DNA of 32,000 nt from a virus. The stretch spans positions 1 to 32,000 of IMG/VR virus record IMGVR_UViG_3300029341_000012; one strand, written 5' to 3'. The position numbers and the translations under genes are program-made. This document shows, piece after piece, positions 7,147 to 16,172 of the stretch. The first letter of the stretch is position 1, and each line of letters begins with the position of its first letter. The notes beneath the pieces are model-generated. The model had not been told where the DNA came from. It saw nothing but the letters and a program-made list of their open reading frames with translations, and made no database searches.

Positions 7147-7974
7147 ATGAAAGTCGAAAAGAATAATAACAGCATTTTTCGGAACAAGCATGTCCTGGTT
7201 GTCGTCGCGGTGATGTGTATTTTTACCATCATCGCCTGCATGGGTTTTATGCTTTCTGTTCCTGCACACGCAGAGGAAAACATAGCTCCCAAAACCGAAC
7301 CTATCGCTTTTTCCACTCCCATTGAAACGGTGAATGAGCTCGATAAAGCGTTCCCGATAACGGAAACTTCCGAAGAAGCACAGGAGGAGATTACAACTGC
7401 TGAGGTCAAATCTTCCGATGCTGCAGAACCGGAACCACAAATTGAGACCGCAGAAGCAGCCATCGAAGAAACCGAACCGAAACCCGAAACAATTCCAGAT
7501 AATCTCAACGACAATGAGCTTGAAATCTACACAGCTCTGCGGTCCGCTGGTCTTTCCAAGGCCGGTACTGCCGCAGTGATGGGCTGCATGTCGATGGAAA
7601 GTGGTCTTAAAGCCTCGGCCGAAAACCCTTCGGATGGCGGCTATGGACTCCTGCAATGGACTTATAGCCGAAAGACAGACCTTTTCAACTGGTGTTATGG
7701 CAATGGCTATGACCCCAACACCGTTACGGGACAGGTGATGTTCTTCGTGTATGAGCTCAATAGCACATACAGCAAGGCCGCCAAATACTCATATCCGGTG
7801 TACGAAACTCTCACTACAAGCGACAGCCTGGAAGATTGCCTTTCGATGTTCTTCTCCCATATGGAAGCAGGAACCAACGTGATAATCTCTTCCCGCAAAG
7901 TCTATGCAGGAGGGCTGACCACGTTAGACCTGTACCGCAAACGCTTAACTGCCGCTTACAAATACTTCATTTGA
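7147..7974 (+). CDS. Membrane-anchored or secreted phage tail-tip-lysozyme-like protein
   Basis: N-terminal hydrophobic segment VLVVVAVMCIFTIIACMGFML, acidic linker, C-terminal AAVMGCMSMESGLKASAENPSDGGYGLLQWTYSRKTDLFNWC resembling Phage_lysozyme2-type domains. Confidence 0.75.
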   Translation: MKVEKNNNSIFRNKHVLVVVAVMCIFTIIACMGFMLSVPAHAEENIAPKTEPIAFSTPIETVNELDKAFPITETSEEAQEEITTAEVKSSDAAEPEPQIETAEAAIEETEPKPETIPDNLNDNELEIYTALRSAGLSKAGTAAVMGCMSMESGLKASAENPSDGGYGLLQWTYSRKTDLFNWCYGNGYDPNTVTGQVMFFVYELNSTYSKAAKYSYPVYETLTTSDSLEDCLSMFFSHMEAGTNVIISSRKVYAGGLTTLDLYRKRLTAAYKYFI

Positions 7975-7991
7975 ATTAGGAGGAAATCACA

Positions 7992-8327
7992 ATGAAAACA
8001 ACCGTTTATCTGTCCCGAAAACTCTTGAACCAGTTAAAGGTAAAAGAAACCGAAAGCAAAGACCTTATGCTAACCCATAACCTACACAACATCATCATCA
8101 ACGGTAAGCGTGTTGGCTGCTCTGGCCACATTCAGAACGTTCTCAACAATAAGTGCGTTTACGTCAGCACTGAAAAGAGTTGCTATCAGCCCTTGTCTGA
8201 CAAGAACATGGTTTGCTATGCCGCCAGTATGAAAGATTACTCCTCTGTATCGCTCGGCGCAAAAGGACGTAATCAGTTCGTGACCAATGATGAGTTGGTT
8301 GGAAAAATCATTGATATGCTCCGATAA
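7992..8327 (+). CDS. Hypothetical protein (111 aa)
   Basis: AGGAGG RBS; contained ORF. Confidence 0.7.
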   Translation: MKTTVYLSRKLLNQLKVKETESKDLMLTHNLHNIIINGKRVGCSGHIQNVLNNKCVYVSTEKSCYQPLSDKNMVCYAASMKDYSSVSLGAKGRNQFVTNDELVGKIIDMLR

Positions 8328-8353
8328 GGGCATAAACAGAAAGAGAAAAAGCT

Positions 8354-8525
8354 CATGAAAACCGGCATCAAAAGTCAGATAGTAATAGTATCTGCTGTGG
8401 CAGCTGTTCTGCTCATTGTTATGAGCGTCTGTGCAATTGCGGAGAGCATTACCTTTGAGAAGGTTGCTGCTCTCGCTGCAAGCGCACTTGCCTTGAACAA
8501 ATGCTGCGGCATCCTGTTAAACTAA
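8354..8525 (+). pseudogene. Small membrane protein, apparently frameshifted
   Basis: Frame from ATG 8354 gives MKTGIKSQIVIVSAVA; adjacent frame continues AVLLIVMSVCAIAESITFEKVAALAASALALNKCCGILLN-stop. Confidence 0.35.
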
Positions 8526-8537
8526 GGAGAAAAAATC

Positions 8538-9119
8538 ATGAAGAATAAATACAAAGTTGTTGCCTTGGTTCCTTTGGAGTTCTCTGTTAAGGGAAGCTCC
8601 GATTCCAAAGAGGCAATCGAATCCGTCAAAAACATTTTCGAAGCGTGTCGGAATGATAACGACTGCGCGGACATCGTTTTTGATGGCATCGAAGAGTCAC
8701 TTCGTCACGACAGTATCGAGTACAAAGTTGAAGCCGCCCAGCCTGAACCTGAGGTGAAGGCAAATTCCGATATCCGTTCTGTTGCCTCCGATATCTGCGA
8801 CGTCTTCGAGAACTATCTCGACGAAAACGGTGTCTATATTGTGTGTGACGATGCAGACGAAGAGCAAGACCGAAAAGCAAACGAAAGCGGCGCGATGTTG
8901 TATGGCATGGAATATTGGCATCTTGTCGAAGATGTCGAGTTCCGTGTGAATCATATAAATGCACAATACAAGCTGTTCACCGTCTTTGATATTATGGAGG
9001 CATTTGATAAACTTCTCATTTCCAAAAAGCTTGGTGACTTTGTACCGAGCGGCGAAAATCGTTACCGTTTGTATGCAAAAATCCTGAGCTGTCTGCGTTC
9101 TATCAGGGAGAAATTGTAA
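8538..9119 (+). CDS. Hypothetical acidic protein (193 aa)
   Basis: AAGGAG RBS; stop overlaps next start (TAATG). Confidence 0.8.
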   Translation: MKNKYKVVALVPLEFSVKGSSDSKEAIESVKNIFEACRNDNDCADIVFDGIEESLRHDSIEYKVEAAQPEPEVKANSDIRSVASDICDVFENYLDENGVYIVCDDADEEQDRKANESGAMLYGMEYWHLVEDVEFRVNHINAQYKLFTVFDIMEAFDKLLISKKLGDFVPSGENRYRLYAKILSCLRSIREKL

Positions 9120-9646
9120 TGAAAGGCTGGAACAGTTCTAAGCACCCCATTCTCACCGCAAACCAGATGCCTGCGCCGATTCATTGGAACCCAATGAACA
9201 AGGATTGGAAAATGCGGCTTACCAAAAGCCAAATTTACAACACCTCTTCTGGATTCAATGCTCAGACGCTCGGTGACATGAAGGAACTGCACGACAAAAT
9301 TCTCACCTTTGGCGGGGATGAAGTCTGCATGACGGAATTTGACGAAGACGCCCCAAAAATCCTCAAACGCGGCCAATTCTTTTATGGCAGCAGCTATATG
9401 AGAAAAGGTCAGGATTGCCAGTGCCATTACAATTCCGCAAGACTTTGGTATAAAAACAAAGACCGGTGCTTTATTGCAACGGGGTATGCTCTTTCCGAAG
9501 ACGGGCTCTGGCGCTGTCATTCCTGGGTCGTTCAGCCAATGGCACGCACCGTTCGCGTGTGGGAAACCACCGTCAAGCGTGTTGCCTATTTCGGCGTGGT
9601 TTTGACCAGCGAGGAATGCGAAGACTTTGTCGAGAACAACACATAA
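9119..9646 (+). CDS. Hypothetical protein (175 aa)
   Basis: Translationally coupled with previous ORF. Confidence 0.8.
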   Translation: MKGWNSSKHPILTANQMPAPIHWNPMNKDWKMRLTKSQIYNTSSGFNAQTLGDMKELHDKILTFGGDEVCMTEFDEDAPKILKRGQFFYGSSYMRKGQDCQCHYNSARLWYKNKDRCFIATGYALSEDGLWRCHSWVVQPMARTVRVWETTVKRVAYFGVVLTSEECEDFVENNT

Positions 9647-9667
9647 CAATTGAGGAGGTTACCCAAC

Positions 9668-10669
9668 ATGGGTGAACAACTACATTTCAGTATGGATGGT
9701 GAGTTCCTCACCGCCATTGCACGTGACTGGTTCTGGAATATGGACAAGCCGTATAAAAAGTGTGAGGAGCTGCTGCTCTCCTGCATGATGGGTGGCAACG
9801 AGGAAGAAAAAAGGCATGTTTGCCAGGACATTATCGAAGGCCGGAAAAAACTTGTTGGTGTCAATGAGTTTGAACTTGTCGATGACAATGTTCATGTTCG
9901 TTCCCTCGGGCAGAAGGTTGAGGAGCTTCAACACAAGATGCTGGTCAATCAAATTCGTGAGGATATGATTGCACATCCGCTCAATTATGTTGACCGCTTT
10001 GCTATGACTGATAGCTATGAAACGCTCTGCACCAATGCAAAACATCATTATATCGATTGCAGCTATGACGGTATCAAGTGCTTCCTCTATGGGAAAACGG
10101 GTTATTCTGATGTATTCAACAACGGTGCATGGCTTTTTACCCACCCAGACCTTGTTGCAGAATTCAATGGCGAACCGCTTCCTGAGCAGGAATCCAACCC
10201 GGAATTCTACAAAACCGATTTTTGGACCAAGCTTGCCTCTTGGATTGAAGCAAACATGAAAGGCACATCCGTTGAACGCCGTCAGCGACTGTACAACAGC
10301 TATATCAGTGATAGACCCATTCAGCATCAGCTGACCGAATATGGTCTGATTGCTCCCGATGGCACCTGGTATGCCTGCGAGTTTGGCGAGCACGCTGCCC
10401 TGGCTGGCCGCATCATCATGCGCAATCGAGAAACGTTTGGTCTTTCTGACCATGAAGTTCTCAATATGGCGTATGACTGGAGCGGCAAGGGTCTCGATTT
10501 CCTATATAAACGCGGTTGGATTGCCATTCGTAATCCTTCGATGGGCAATACATTCCTCGATATGGATGAGACCAAAACCGCAACAAAAGCTCAAGTAAAT
10601 ACCATTTTTGACTATATTTCTAAATTCAACCGCTATGACATGAATGTTTCCAAGGTCATGGCTGACTAA
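9668..10669 (+). CDS. Hypothetical protein (333 aa)
   Basis: TTGAGGAGG RBS before ATG 9668; ORF MGEQLHFSMDGEFLTAIARDWFW... Confidence 0.8.
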   Translation: MGEQLHFSMDGEFLTAIARDWFWNMDKPYKKCEELLLSCMMGGNEEEKRHVCQDIIEGRKKLVGVNEFELVDDNVHVRSLGQKVEELQHKMLVNQIREDMIAHPLNYVDRFAMTDSYETLCTNAKHHYIDCSYDGIKCFLYGKTGYSDVFNNGAWLFTHPDLVAEFNGEPLPEQESNPEFYKTDFWTKLASWIEANMKGTSVERRQRLYNSYISDRPIQHQLTEYGLIAPDGTWYACEFGEHAALAGRIIMRNRETFGLSDHEVLNMAYDWSGKGLDFLYKRGWIAIRNPSMGNTFLDMDETKTATKAQVNTIFDYISKFNRYDMNVSKVMAD

Positions 10670-10686
10670 AAAAGGAGATTTTTATT

Positions 10687-11262
10687 ATGACTTCCAATAT
10701 GACTATGACCGCTATTTCCATCTGTAATTTTCTGAAACTCATCGTGAAAAGCACGGTTGAGCATTACACCGAGGATTTCAAGCTGGACATAAAGATTTTT
10801 AAGCGCTATGCAAAAGAAGCGCAGGAAACCGGAAAGCCCGTATCGATGCTCTGGTTCTGCCGCTCTTGTGGAACGTATCTCTGCCCTGAGGAAGATGCAT
10901 ACAAGAAAGATACTCCCATGTTCATCACGTTCAAATACTATGATGAGCAGGAAGAGGAAGAAGCCCGGACCATTAAGGCTTTTCTGGTCACTGTGACAGG
11001 GATGGAAGGACAAAAGCCAGTTGGCTATATCACTCCCATCAACTATGCGGATGAATGTGACCGCATTCGCCGTTACGCAGTACCTGCCGAAAAGGTCGAG
11101 CTTGTCTATGATAAAGGTTCCCTTGTCCAGAACAATGGCAACTATACGATTCTGAAGCATCCCAAGCTTGGTACACTTCAGAAAACGAAATTCTTGGCCG
11201 ATGACCCTGACGCGCTTGATTATGCGCTGCATATGGCTCGCAATGAGAGAAAGGCAGGGTGA
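10687..11262 (+). CDS. Hypothetical protein (191 aa)
   Basis: AGGAG RBS; contains LWFCRSCGTYLCPEEDAY. Confidence 0.8.
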   Translation: MTSNMTMTAISICNFLKLIVKSTVEHYTEDFKLDIKIFKRYAKEAQETGKPVSMLWFCRSCGTYLCPEEDAYKKDTPMFITFKYYDEQEEEEARTIKAFLVTVTGMEGQKPVGYITPINYADECDRIRRYAVPAEKVELVYDKGSLVQNNGNYTILKHPKLGTLQKTKFLADDPDALDYALHMARNERKAG

Positions 11263-11267
11263 CAGCC

Positions 11268-11507
11268 ATGAATGAGTACGAAGCAACAATACAAATCAAC
11301 CCAACCGACGATATCAAGTTCATACTTGAGGAGTCCGGCTGCTATGAGTCTGAAATTGAAATGATGAAGGCCGGTGGCACCTATGATGCGTTTGTCAAGC
11401 GTGTCTATGATGCCATCGACTGGTCTCATCTGTCTGAGCGTATTGCTCAGATGGAAAACGAAGCCATCACGGCAGCTATCGACAAATTGTCTGATAGCAT
11501 GATTTGA
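11268..11507 (+). CDS. Hypothetical protein (79 aa)
   Basis: Follows closely; MNEYEATIQINPTDDIKFILEESG... Confidence 0.65.
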   Translation: MNEYEATIQINPTDDIKFILEESGCYESEIEMMKAGGTYDAFVKRVYDAIDWSHLSERIAQMENEAITAAIDKLSDSMI

Positions 11508-11526
11508 TTGTTAGGAGGTAAATACT

Positions 11527-12099
11527 ATGTACATTCTCATTAAAAACCAGGAAGGCGAAAGCATGAACTTGCTTTCCCAGAATACCGATTTCAACGCTCT
11601 ACTGGCAGCCATGAAAACTGACGTTGAGGCAGAGTACGAAAAGGCAACAGGTTATGCGATTGACCTTGACGAGGATTCCGGCAGCGATTATGAAGTCGGT
11701 ATCAACGTTGAGGACAGTGCAGCAGACGGTTTCTGCCTTGCGTCCGGGTATATGTACGGCGCAGACAGCAATTTTGACTGGGGTGTTTTCAAAGTAAAGT
11801 CTCAGAAAAGCAATACCGCAGCAAAACCCTACATTAACCTGGATATGAACAAGTTCTTTCGGCAGAAAATGCTGCTGATTGACCTCTCGGCGAAAGTAAA
11901 GGACCTCGGCTATGACCATCTGGCCGATGAACTTTGGGGCGCAGTCGGTGTCTTCGATGCTGTACAGGATGCAGCTGAAGAAGACGGTGCTTTCACATCT
12001 CCGGAAGCAGATGAAGAAACTGGTCTGTTCCTTGACGATTTTTATAACGACGTTCTGGAAAAGATTCTGAACGCCGACAAGAAAAAGGAGGAAAAGTAA
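11527..12099 (+). CDS. Hypothetical acidic protein (190 aa)
   Basis: TTAGGAGG RBS; ORF MYILIKNQEGESMNLLSQNTDFN... Confidence 0.8.
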   Translation: MYILIKNQEGESMNLLSQNTDFNALLAAMKTDVEAEYEKATGYAIDLDEDSGSDYEVGINVEDSAADGFCLASGYMYGADSNFDWGVFKVKSQKSNTAAKPYINLDMNKFFRQKMLLIDLSAKVKDLGYDHLADELWGAVGVFDAVQDAAEEDGAFTSPEADEETGLFLDDFYNDVLEKILNADKKKEEK

Positions 12100-12149
12100 G
12101 CCATGAGACTCTACATCCAAGGCGAACACGGTAAGCTCCTGACTTTTAC

Positions 12150-12200
12150 AAAATGAAGGCTGGGAAAGCCCACGGTTTCAACCGTGGGGTGAAAGGCCAA
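12150..12200 (+). mobile_element. IS200/IS605-type end hairpin
   Basis: GCTGGGAAAGCCCACGGTTTCAACCGTGGGGTGAAAGGCC. Confidence 0.5.
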
Positions 12201-12295
12201 CACTAAAGAAACATTCTGAGGGTAACAATCAGAATTGACACATTCATGTTGTAATGATTCATATGTGCTTAACGCATTTGTATCGCTATAAAAGT

Positions 12296-12340
12296 TAGCC
12301 AGAAGCTCTACGACTTTAGTCGTGGGGTGAAAGGTGTCTA
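12296..12340 (+). mobile_element. Second IS200/IS605-type end hairpin
   Basis: GTTAGCCAGAAGCTCTACGACTTTAGTCGTGGGGTGAAAGGTG, same core GTGGGGTGAAAGG as the previous copy. Confidence 0.55.
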
Positions 12341-12353
12341 AGTAAAAAAATAG

Positions 12354-12384
12354 TTGCTGTCTATCTTCGGATAGGCAGCTTTTG
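12354..12384 (+). terminator. Rho-independent terminator
   Basis: TTGCTGTCTATCTTCGGATAGGCAGCTTTTG. Confidence 0.6.
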
Positions 12385-12385
12385 T

Positions 12386-12413
12386 TTGCCTGTGCTTGCG
12401 AATTGCCTATCAT
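12386..12413 (+). promoter_or_regulatory. Class A promoter
   Basis: TTGCCT-GTGCTTGCGAATTGCC-TATCAT. Confidence 0.65.
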
Positions 12414-12449
12414 GAATAGTAGAGCTCAAATGAAAGGAGGACGCTATTT

Positions 12450-12521
12450 ATGCGCATGGTTGTTAAAACTTACAAGTACAAGCTGTACAACAGTGCAAAA
12501 CGCACGAGTATCGTGCTTTGA
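12450..12521 (+). pseudogene. N-terminal fragment of a TnpB (IS605 OrfB)-like protein
   Basis: AAAGGAGG then MRMVVKTYKYKLYNSAKRTSIVL-stop; KTYKYKLY matches the typical TnpB N-terminus KAYKYRLYP. Confidence 0.5.
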
Positions 12522-12549
12522 TTATTCCGGCACCTGTTATTCATCTTTA

Positions 12550-12880
12550 TGGTGAGCAGGGCCAGGATGAATCGGATTGGTTTGCGTCAACAACCCCGCC
12601 TTAACCAGTCCGCTGGTTATAGATGGGGCTTGCAGGGCAACCCGTAAGCCCGGTTGATTAGCCTAAGTCTGCTGCTCCAGCGGCAGGAAACTACGTTGTG
12701 TACTAATAATATAGGCACCTTACTCATGCTCCACAAGTGGTAAGCACTGCGGACGGCTCGTTAAACATCTCTAAGGGTAGGAGAAGTGCGAACGTCATGT
12801 CGAAAGGCTAAAACGGTATAACAACATTGGCGATGTGGACCACAGGGCGCAAGCCCTGACTTATCGATTCATTATTTACG
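12550..12880 (+). ncRNA. Probable IscB-associated omegaRNA (HEARO RNA) upstream of iscB copy 1
   Basis: About 330 nt G/C-rich hairpin-rich non-ORF region directly upstream of a RuvC/HNH ORF, including GGCTCGTTAAACATC and AGAAGTGCGAACGTCATGTCGAAAGGC, which I recall as HEARO-like. Boundaries approximate. Confidence 0.6.
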
Positions 12881-12895
12881 AAAGGAGTACCTTGC

Positions 12896-14293
12896 ATGAG
12901 CACTTGCGTTTGTGTTCTTAGCAACAACGGTGAACGCCTGATGCCGACTATCCGTCTTGGCAAGGTACGCCATCTTCTGAAAGACGGAAAAGCAAAAATC
13001 ATTAAGCATCATCCATTTACTATTCAGTTACTGTATGACAGCGAAACGAATATTCAACCCATTGAAATCTGTGAGGACGTCGGTTACAACTACATCGGCA
13101 TCAGTGTGAAAAGCCAATCTCACGAGTATGTATCTGCTCAATATGATACATTGCAAGACGAGAAAAGCTGTCACGATGCTTGCCGTAGAATGCGCCGAAC
13201 TCGCAGAAACAGGCTACGTTACCGCCAAAAGCGCTTTGACAACCGCAAACGTGACAAAGGCTGGCTTGCACCCTCTCTTAAACATAAGAAAGAACTCAAC
13301 GTCAATGTCATTAAAATGTATTGCGAAGTTGTGCCTATTACGCATGCAACCGTTGAAGTTGGTTCTTTCGACACAATGCTTGTAAAAGCAATCGAGGAAG
13401 GTAAAGCTACACCAGAAGGCGCAGATTATCAAAAAGGCCCTCGCTACAATTTAGCAACCTTGCGGGAAGCAGTATTCTACCGTGATAACTACACCTGCCA
13501 AGTTTGTGGGCGCAAAATCGCGGATGGTGCCATTTTACATATGCATCACATGTTTTATTGGAAAGGTCGCCATGACAATAGTCTCAGCGAGCTTATAACA
13601 GTATGCGAGAAGTGCCATACACCAGCTAACCATCAAAAAGGCGGCAAGCTCTATGGATTCGGTGAAGATATAAAGTTTGCCAACCTTTCTGGTGCAGCAT
13701 TTATGAACACTGTACGCTGGCAAATCGTTAATGAACTTTACGCTGCTTTTGGAAAGCCGTTCGTCACATTCACTTATGGCGCGATGACCAAGGAAAAGCG
13801 AATTGCCCTTCATCTTGAAAAGAGTCATAACAACGATGCGTATGCAATGGGCGAGTTTCATCCAAACTGCCGCTGTACGTTTGAACATTATGAAAAGGTA
13901 AGGCGTAATAATCGCATCCTTGAAAAGTTTTATGATTCTCGCTACATTGACATTCGTACAGGAGAAATAGCTACTGGAAAAGAGCTCTTCAACGGTAGAA
14001 TTAACCGTAACCACAAAAAGGATTCTGAAAATTTGCACAAATACCGTGGAAAAAGGATTCGTAAAGGCTATCGTGCGCTACGTCGCAAGAAAGTGGCCCT
14101 CAATCCCGGTGATTTGGTTTCTCTCAACGGGGAAATTCTTACTGTCCATGGCACTCATACCAAAAAGAATGGTTCTGTAAACGTAGAATTCAAAACGCCA
14201 TCAAAAAGCGGTAAAAAATCCACAAGCCTTAAAAAGCTGAAAATTATTAAAACGATAAGCCCCATGCGCTCTGCGTGGGATAAAGTATCTTAA
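12896..14293 (+). CDS. iscB: IscB-like RNA-guided nuclease (RuvC + HNH), divergent copy 1
   Basis: PLMP-like N-terminus ERLMPTIRLGKVRHLLKDGKAKIIKHHPFTIQLLYD; RuvC-I-like CEDVGYNYIGISV; Arg-rich RRMRRTRRNRLRYRQKR; RuvC-II TVEVGSFD; HNH CQVCGRKIADGAILHMHHMFYWKG...CEKCH; RuvC-III KSHNNDAYAMG. Confidence 0.85.
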   Translation: MSTCVCVLSNNGERLMPTIRLGKVRHLLKDGKAKIIKHHPFTIQLLYDSETNIQPIEICEDVGYNYIGISVKSQSHEYVSAQYDTLQDEKSCHDACRRMRRTRRNRLRYRQKRFDNRKRDKGWLAPSLKHKKELNVNVIKMYCEVVPITHATVEVGSFDTMLVKAIEEGKATPEGADYQKGPRYNLATLREAVFYRDNYTCQVCGRKIADGAILHMHHMFYWKGRHDNSLSELITVCEKCHTPANHQKGGKLYGFGEDIKFANLSGAAFMNTVRWQIVNELYAAFGKPFVTFTYGAMTKEKRIALHLEKSHNNDAYAMGEFHPNCRCTFEHYEKVRRNNRILEKFYDSRYIDIRTGEIATGKELFNGRINRNHKKDSENLHKYRGKRIRKGYRALRRKKVALNPGDLVSLNGEILTVHGTHTKKNGSVNVEFKTPSKSGKKSTSLKKLKIIKTISPMRSAWDKVS

Positions 14294-14357
14294 AAACTCA
14301 AGAAAGGAGACATAGGGTATTTGCATTTACTGAGTGTACCTCAAATATACTCTTAGT

Positions 14358-14412
14358 CAGCGCATTCCTCGCCGCCTAAGTCGCAAGCGACTATAGACGG
14401 TGTACCCTGCGC
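14358..14412 (-). mobile_element. IS200/IS605-type end hairpin on minus strand
   Basis: Minus strand GTACACCGTCTATAGTCGCTTGCGACTTAGGCGGCGAGG parallels the plus-strand hairpin at 18750-18795. Confidence 0.55.
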
Positions 14413-14565
14413 ACAAAATTTATGGATTTTGGCAATGCGTTTGCGACCACAGACGTTTTTGTGAATCCGCGCAAGGGAATTCCTTTCGTGCAGTGTTCCA
14501 CTGAGAATCAACTTTCTGATTTCAGGAGAGCTGATTCCCATGAATAATATCTGACTCGTATCTTT

Positions 14566-14599
14566 GCGGTCGTTCCTTTTGGAGCGGCCGCTTTTTTTG
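14566..14599 (+). terminator. Terminator
   Basis: GCGGTCGTTCCTTTTGGAGCGGCCGCTTTTTTTG. Confidence 0.7.
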
Positions 14600-14611
14600 T
14601 TTTCAGTTTCC

Positions 14612-14639
14612 TTGCGCAAATGTGCGACTCTCATAAAAT
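14612..14639 (+). promoter_or_regulatory. Class A promoter
   Basis: TTGCGC-AAATGTGCGACTCTCA-TAAAAT. Confidence 0.65.
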
Positions 14640-14660
14640 GAAAATTAGGGAGGTGCTGTT

Positions 14661-14957
14661 TTGAAAATTCAGAGAATCATGCCTGCAACTACTCATTCCA
14701 TGAAAGACGCGTTACCGCTTGGGACTATCCTGACGGTGAAAAATGTTGCAGACCAGAAATATATTGTGGTCGGCTATGACACAAGTTCTTTTCCGCACAA
14801 CTACTATGCGGTTCCCTGGCCGCAAGGGTATATGGGTGAAGAAAATATGTACCTGGTAAGATTTGATGATATTGCGAAAGTTCTGTGTCGCGGCGGAATC
14901 AATGAGGAATCCAGAGTTTTCTTGCAGGCACTGGATGATGTGTTGAACGGGAGGTGA
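14661..14957 (+). CDS. DUF4176-like protein
   Basis: LPLGTILTVKNVADQKYIVVGYDTSSFPHNYYAVPWPQGYMGEENMYLVRFDDIAKVLCRG resembles DUF4176 (LPIGSVVxLK...Y.G..YPEG...F....I..V...G). Confidence 0.5.
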   Translation: MKIQRIMPATTHSMKDALPLGTILTVKNVADQKYIVVGYDTSSFPHNYYAVPWPQGYMGEENMYLVRFDDIAKVLCRGGINEESRVFLQALDDVLNGR

Positions 14958-14961
14958 CACG

Positions 14962-15177
14962 GTGACGGTAAAAGAGCTGAAGCATATGCTTGAGAACGCG
15001 GACGACAATGCTATCGTCGTTGTGCGAAATAACTGGGCTCCGGCGGAATTCCTGAATACCTCTGCTCGGAAGATGGTGCTTGTGAAAACAAATGGCAAGC
15101 TCATGACGCCGAAATGGGCCGAGGCGAGCGGGTATATCTGCGAAGGCCCTGCTATGTCGGCAATTTTATTCGATTGA
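14962..15177 (+). CDS. Hypothetical protein (71 aa)
   Basis: Short ORF closely following; MTVKELKHMLENADDNAIVVVRNN... Confidence 0.65.
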   Translation: MTVKELKHMLENADDNAIVVVRNNWAPAEFLNTSARKMVLVKTNGKLMTPKWAEASGYICEGPAMSAILFD

Positions 15178-15190
15178 GGTGAGAAAAATC

Positions 15191-15520
15191 ATGCCCGATA
15201 AAAAAGTGGCCACGCAGGCATCTGATGGACCCTGGGAACGCGAAACCATCATCACATTCAATGATGCGGAGAAGAAAGCATCCTACTACACCTGCAACAA
15301 AGCTCGTATGGAACAGCTAAAAGAGCTTGCCAAAGAGTACCCTGATGCTGTTAAAATCACGCGGGATGAGGACTGGTGTATGGAGGCAGATATGCCCAAG
15401 AAATGGGTCAAAATCAAGCCGCCTCGCAAGTTGACTGAAGAGCAATATGCGGAACTGGTCAGACGCGGCAAAGAACTTGCAGAACGGCAGCGGCAGCTAA
15501 AAAACGAAACGAAGGAATAA
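15191..15520 (+). CDS. Hypothetical protein (109 aa)
   Basis: Upstream TGAGGTGAG; ORF MPDKKVATQASDGPWERE... Confidence 0.65.
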   Translation: MPDKKVATQASDGPWERETIITFNDAEKKASYYTCNKARMEQLKELAKEYPDAVKITRDEDWCMEADMPKKWVKIKPPRKLTEEQYAELVRRGKELAERQRQLKNETKE

Positions 15521-15554
15521 ACCGGCTTCATATGCCGGAAGAGGAGAATATAAA

Positions 15555-16172
15555 ATGTACAATTCTTACAGCGCATTGAATCTTTTGGGCGGTATGCTCT
15601 ATACGGTGATTCTTCTGGTGGTAGCGTATTTTGTGCTCAAAATCGTCGCCAATTGGAAAATTTTTGAGAAGGCCGGGCAGCCTGGCTGGGCATCCATCGT
15701 CCCGTTCTACAGCAACTACATCGAATTCAACATTTACTGGGGGAACGGCTGGTTGTTTCTGATTCCGGTCGTGCTGAGCCTTTTGTCTGGCATCCCGCTG
15801 CTCGGCAATCTGTTCCTGGTTGTTGCTCTCATCATCGGTGCTATTACCAACTACAAGAAAGCTGTTGCGTTCGGTGAAGGTATTGGTTTCACGATTGGTC
15901 TTTGCCTTCTGAATCCGGTGTTCAACATGATTCTTGCTTTCGGCCATTATGAGTATCACGGTATCCCGCAGGATGGCTATTCCTATTCTCAGCTCAAGAC
16001 CAAATATGAGGAAAAGAAAGCCGAACAGCAGAACAACCCCAGCACTGTTCAGTACCAGGCCCCCGAAACTCCCAAAGAGCCGAGCCAGAATGTTCAGTAT
16101 CAGACTCCGAATGCTCCTGCTGAAGTCAAGACCCCGCCGACTCAGCAGAATCAAAATCAGGACAATGGCTGA
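15555..16172 (+). CDS. DUF5684-like multi-pass membrane protein
   Basis: IFEKAGQPGWASIVPFYSNYIEFNIYWGNGWLFLIPVVLSLL...LAFGHYEYHG. Confidence 0.7.
   Translation: MYNSYSALNLLGGMLYTVILLVVAYFVLKIVANWKIFEKAGQPGWASIVPFYSNYIEFNIYWGNGWLFLIPVVLSLLSGIPLLGNLFLVVALIIGAITNYKKAVAFGEGIGFTIGLCLLNPVFNMILAFGHYEYHGIPQDGYSYSQLKTKYEEKKAEQQNNPSTVQYQAPETPKEPSQNVQYQTPNAPAEVKTPPTQQNQNQDNG

Noticed and set aside
9680-10453. 257-aa minus-strand ORF, plus 16425..17078 and 29537..30481 minus
   Set aside because: All fully antisense to better supported plus-strand ORFs with RBS.
12230-12300. Possible extra promoter or short direct repeats between the two IS hairpins
   Set aside because: TTGTAT...TATAAA spacing is poor and the region is best explained as IS end sequence.
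14353-14634. 93-aa minus-strand ORF next to the IS end
   Set aside because: Covers an IS-end hairpin, a terminator and a promoter; no recognisable protein motif. More likely non-coding, possibly omegaRNA-related.
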